Source of the DNA: Candidatus Sericytochromatia bacterium
GTDB taxonomy: Bacteria; Cyanobacteriota; Sericytochromatia; S15B-MN24; VGJW01
Length of the DNA: 64,000 bases
NCBI GenBank assembly: GCA_035285865.1
Contig: JAYKHS010000028.1
Location: 128,001-192,000, forward strand
Reading direction: 5' to 3'
The notes beneath the pieces are model-generated. The model was not told the DNA's origin, searched no databases, and worked only from the letters and a program-made list of their open reading frames with translations. This document shows, piece by piece, positions 63,233 through 64,000 of this stretch. The translations under genes and the position numbers were made by a program. The number at the start of each line of letters is the position of its first letter. Position 1 is the first letter of the stretch.

Positions 63233-64000
63233 ATGCGGAATATTGTGCGTCGACTCGGTATGGGGGCGCTCAGCCTCGCTCTGGGTGCGTGCGCCTCGCC
63301 CGCCCTGACGCGTGCGCAGGCGCCAGCGGGCGGCGATGTCTCACAGCTTGGCCAACTGCCGGGGTTCGATGTCACGCCCCAGGCAGGACTGGTCGGCAGG
63401 GTCGTCTGGCCTGATTCCGCACGTCGGTTGATGGCTACCCAGGATGAGGTGGCCAGACGGGCCCGTGTCGGCCTCTTGCAGCCTTCTGGATCCGGTCAGT
63501 TCCGAACGGTCTACACCGCTCTGACAGACGAGTTTGGCAACTTCCAATTTCCTGCCGAGGTGACTGAAGGGGCCAATGGCATTCCGATCGATCCGTCGAA
63601 GGTTCTCATCCTGCAAGCAGAGAACGGCCTTAGCAACAATGCGGCTGGTTCCAGTTCGGCTCGGTTGCGAACTTTCCTGACGCGTGTGGGGCAGGGTTCG
63701 ACCGGATACCGCAGCACGTATGTCGATGATCAGAACTCCGGCATTGTCAACATCGATTTGAACACGACGGCGATGGCGGTCATCAAGTCGCTTCGGGACC
63801 AGTCACGCGTTCCTGCCGGCGACATCGTCGCTTTCATCCAGTCGGTCACGCCCAAGACAAGCACGGCGAACCCTGCGGTGGTTGGCGCCAAGGAGTCGGT
63901 GCTGATCGTCCCCAACTCCGAGTTCCAGACGGTCTCGACCTTGGTGGCCAATGTCCTTACGGGCAATCGTGATCCTCTGGCTGCCATCGAACTCAGGGAT
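63233..64000 (+). CDS. Lipoprotein, 3' truncated by window end (absent from the ORF track)
   Basis: GGAGG RBS; MRNIVRRLGMGALSLALGAC lipobox; open for 256 codons to the window end; not RpoC. Confidence 0.8.
   Translation, partial: MRNIVRRLGMGALSLALGACASPALTRAQAPAGGDVSQLGQLPGFDVTPQAGLVGRVVWPDSARRLMATQDEVARRARVGLLQPSGSGQFRTVYTALTDEFGNFQFPAEVTEGANGIPIDPSKVLILQAENGLSNNAAGSSSARLRTFLTRVGQGSTGYRSTYVDDQNSGIVNIDLNTTAMAVIKSLRDQSRVPAGDIVAFIQSVTPKTSTANPAVVGAKESVLIVPNSEFQTVSTLVANVLTGNRDPLAAIELRD

Overview
High-GC bacterial chromosomal segment of about 63 CDS and 1 tRNA. No IS, integrase, prophage or CRISPR array is recognisable. The short (1113 aa) cyanobacterial-style RpoB, a cyanobacterial-type MFS permease, many lipoproteins and the absence of photosynthesis genes suggest a non-photosynthetic relative of Cyanobacteria, possibly Sericytochromatia (inference only). 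Contents in order: (1) the tail of a surface or flagellar glycan cluster (1-7271) ending in two unusual fusions, Maf/DUF115-TPR-acyl-AMP ligase and SGNH-ACP-TPR-GT-like, which together look like a carrier-protein-dependent glycan acylation system and are the top candidate for an undescribed system; (2) secreted hydrolases and lipoproteins (LysM-C39, AttH-like, three S8 subtilases, an M16 pair); (3) scoAB, a cyclophilin and a membrane-anchored gamma-carbonic-anhydrase homologue apparently lacking its Zn ligands; (4) glycolipid genes, rqcH, rnhA, a PduO-type adenosyltransferase and a Bat-like VWA locus; (5) a DUF4388-mglB-mglA module; (6) an atypical tRNA(CAT); (7) exbBD, birA and a stand-alone rpoB not followed by rpoC. 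A phased TTAA-N7-TTAA repeat recurs in at least 7 intergenic regions, mostly in front of exported-protein genes. All family calls come from motif recognition by eye, and no database search was run. Many start codons were moved from the ORF track using RBS and overlap logic.
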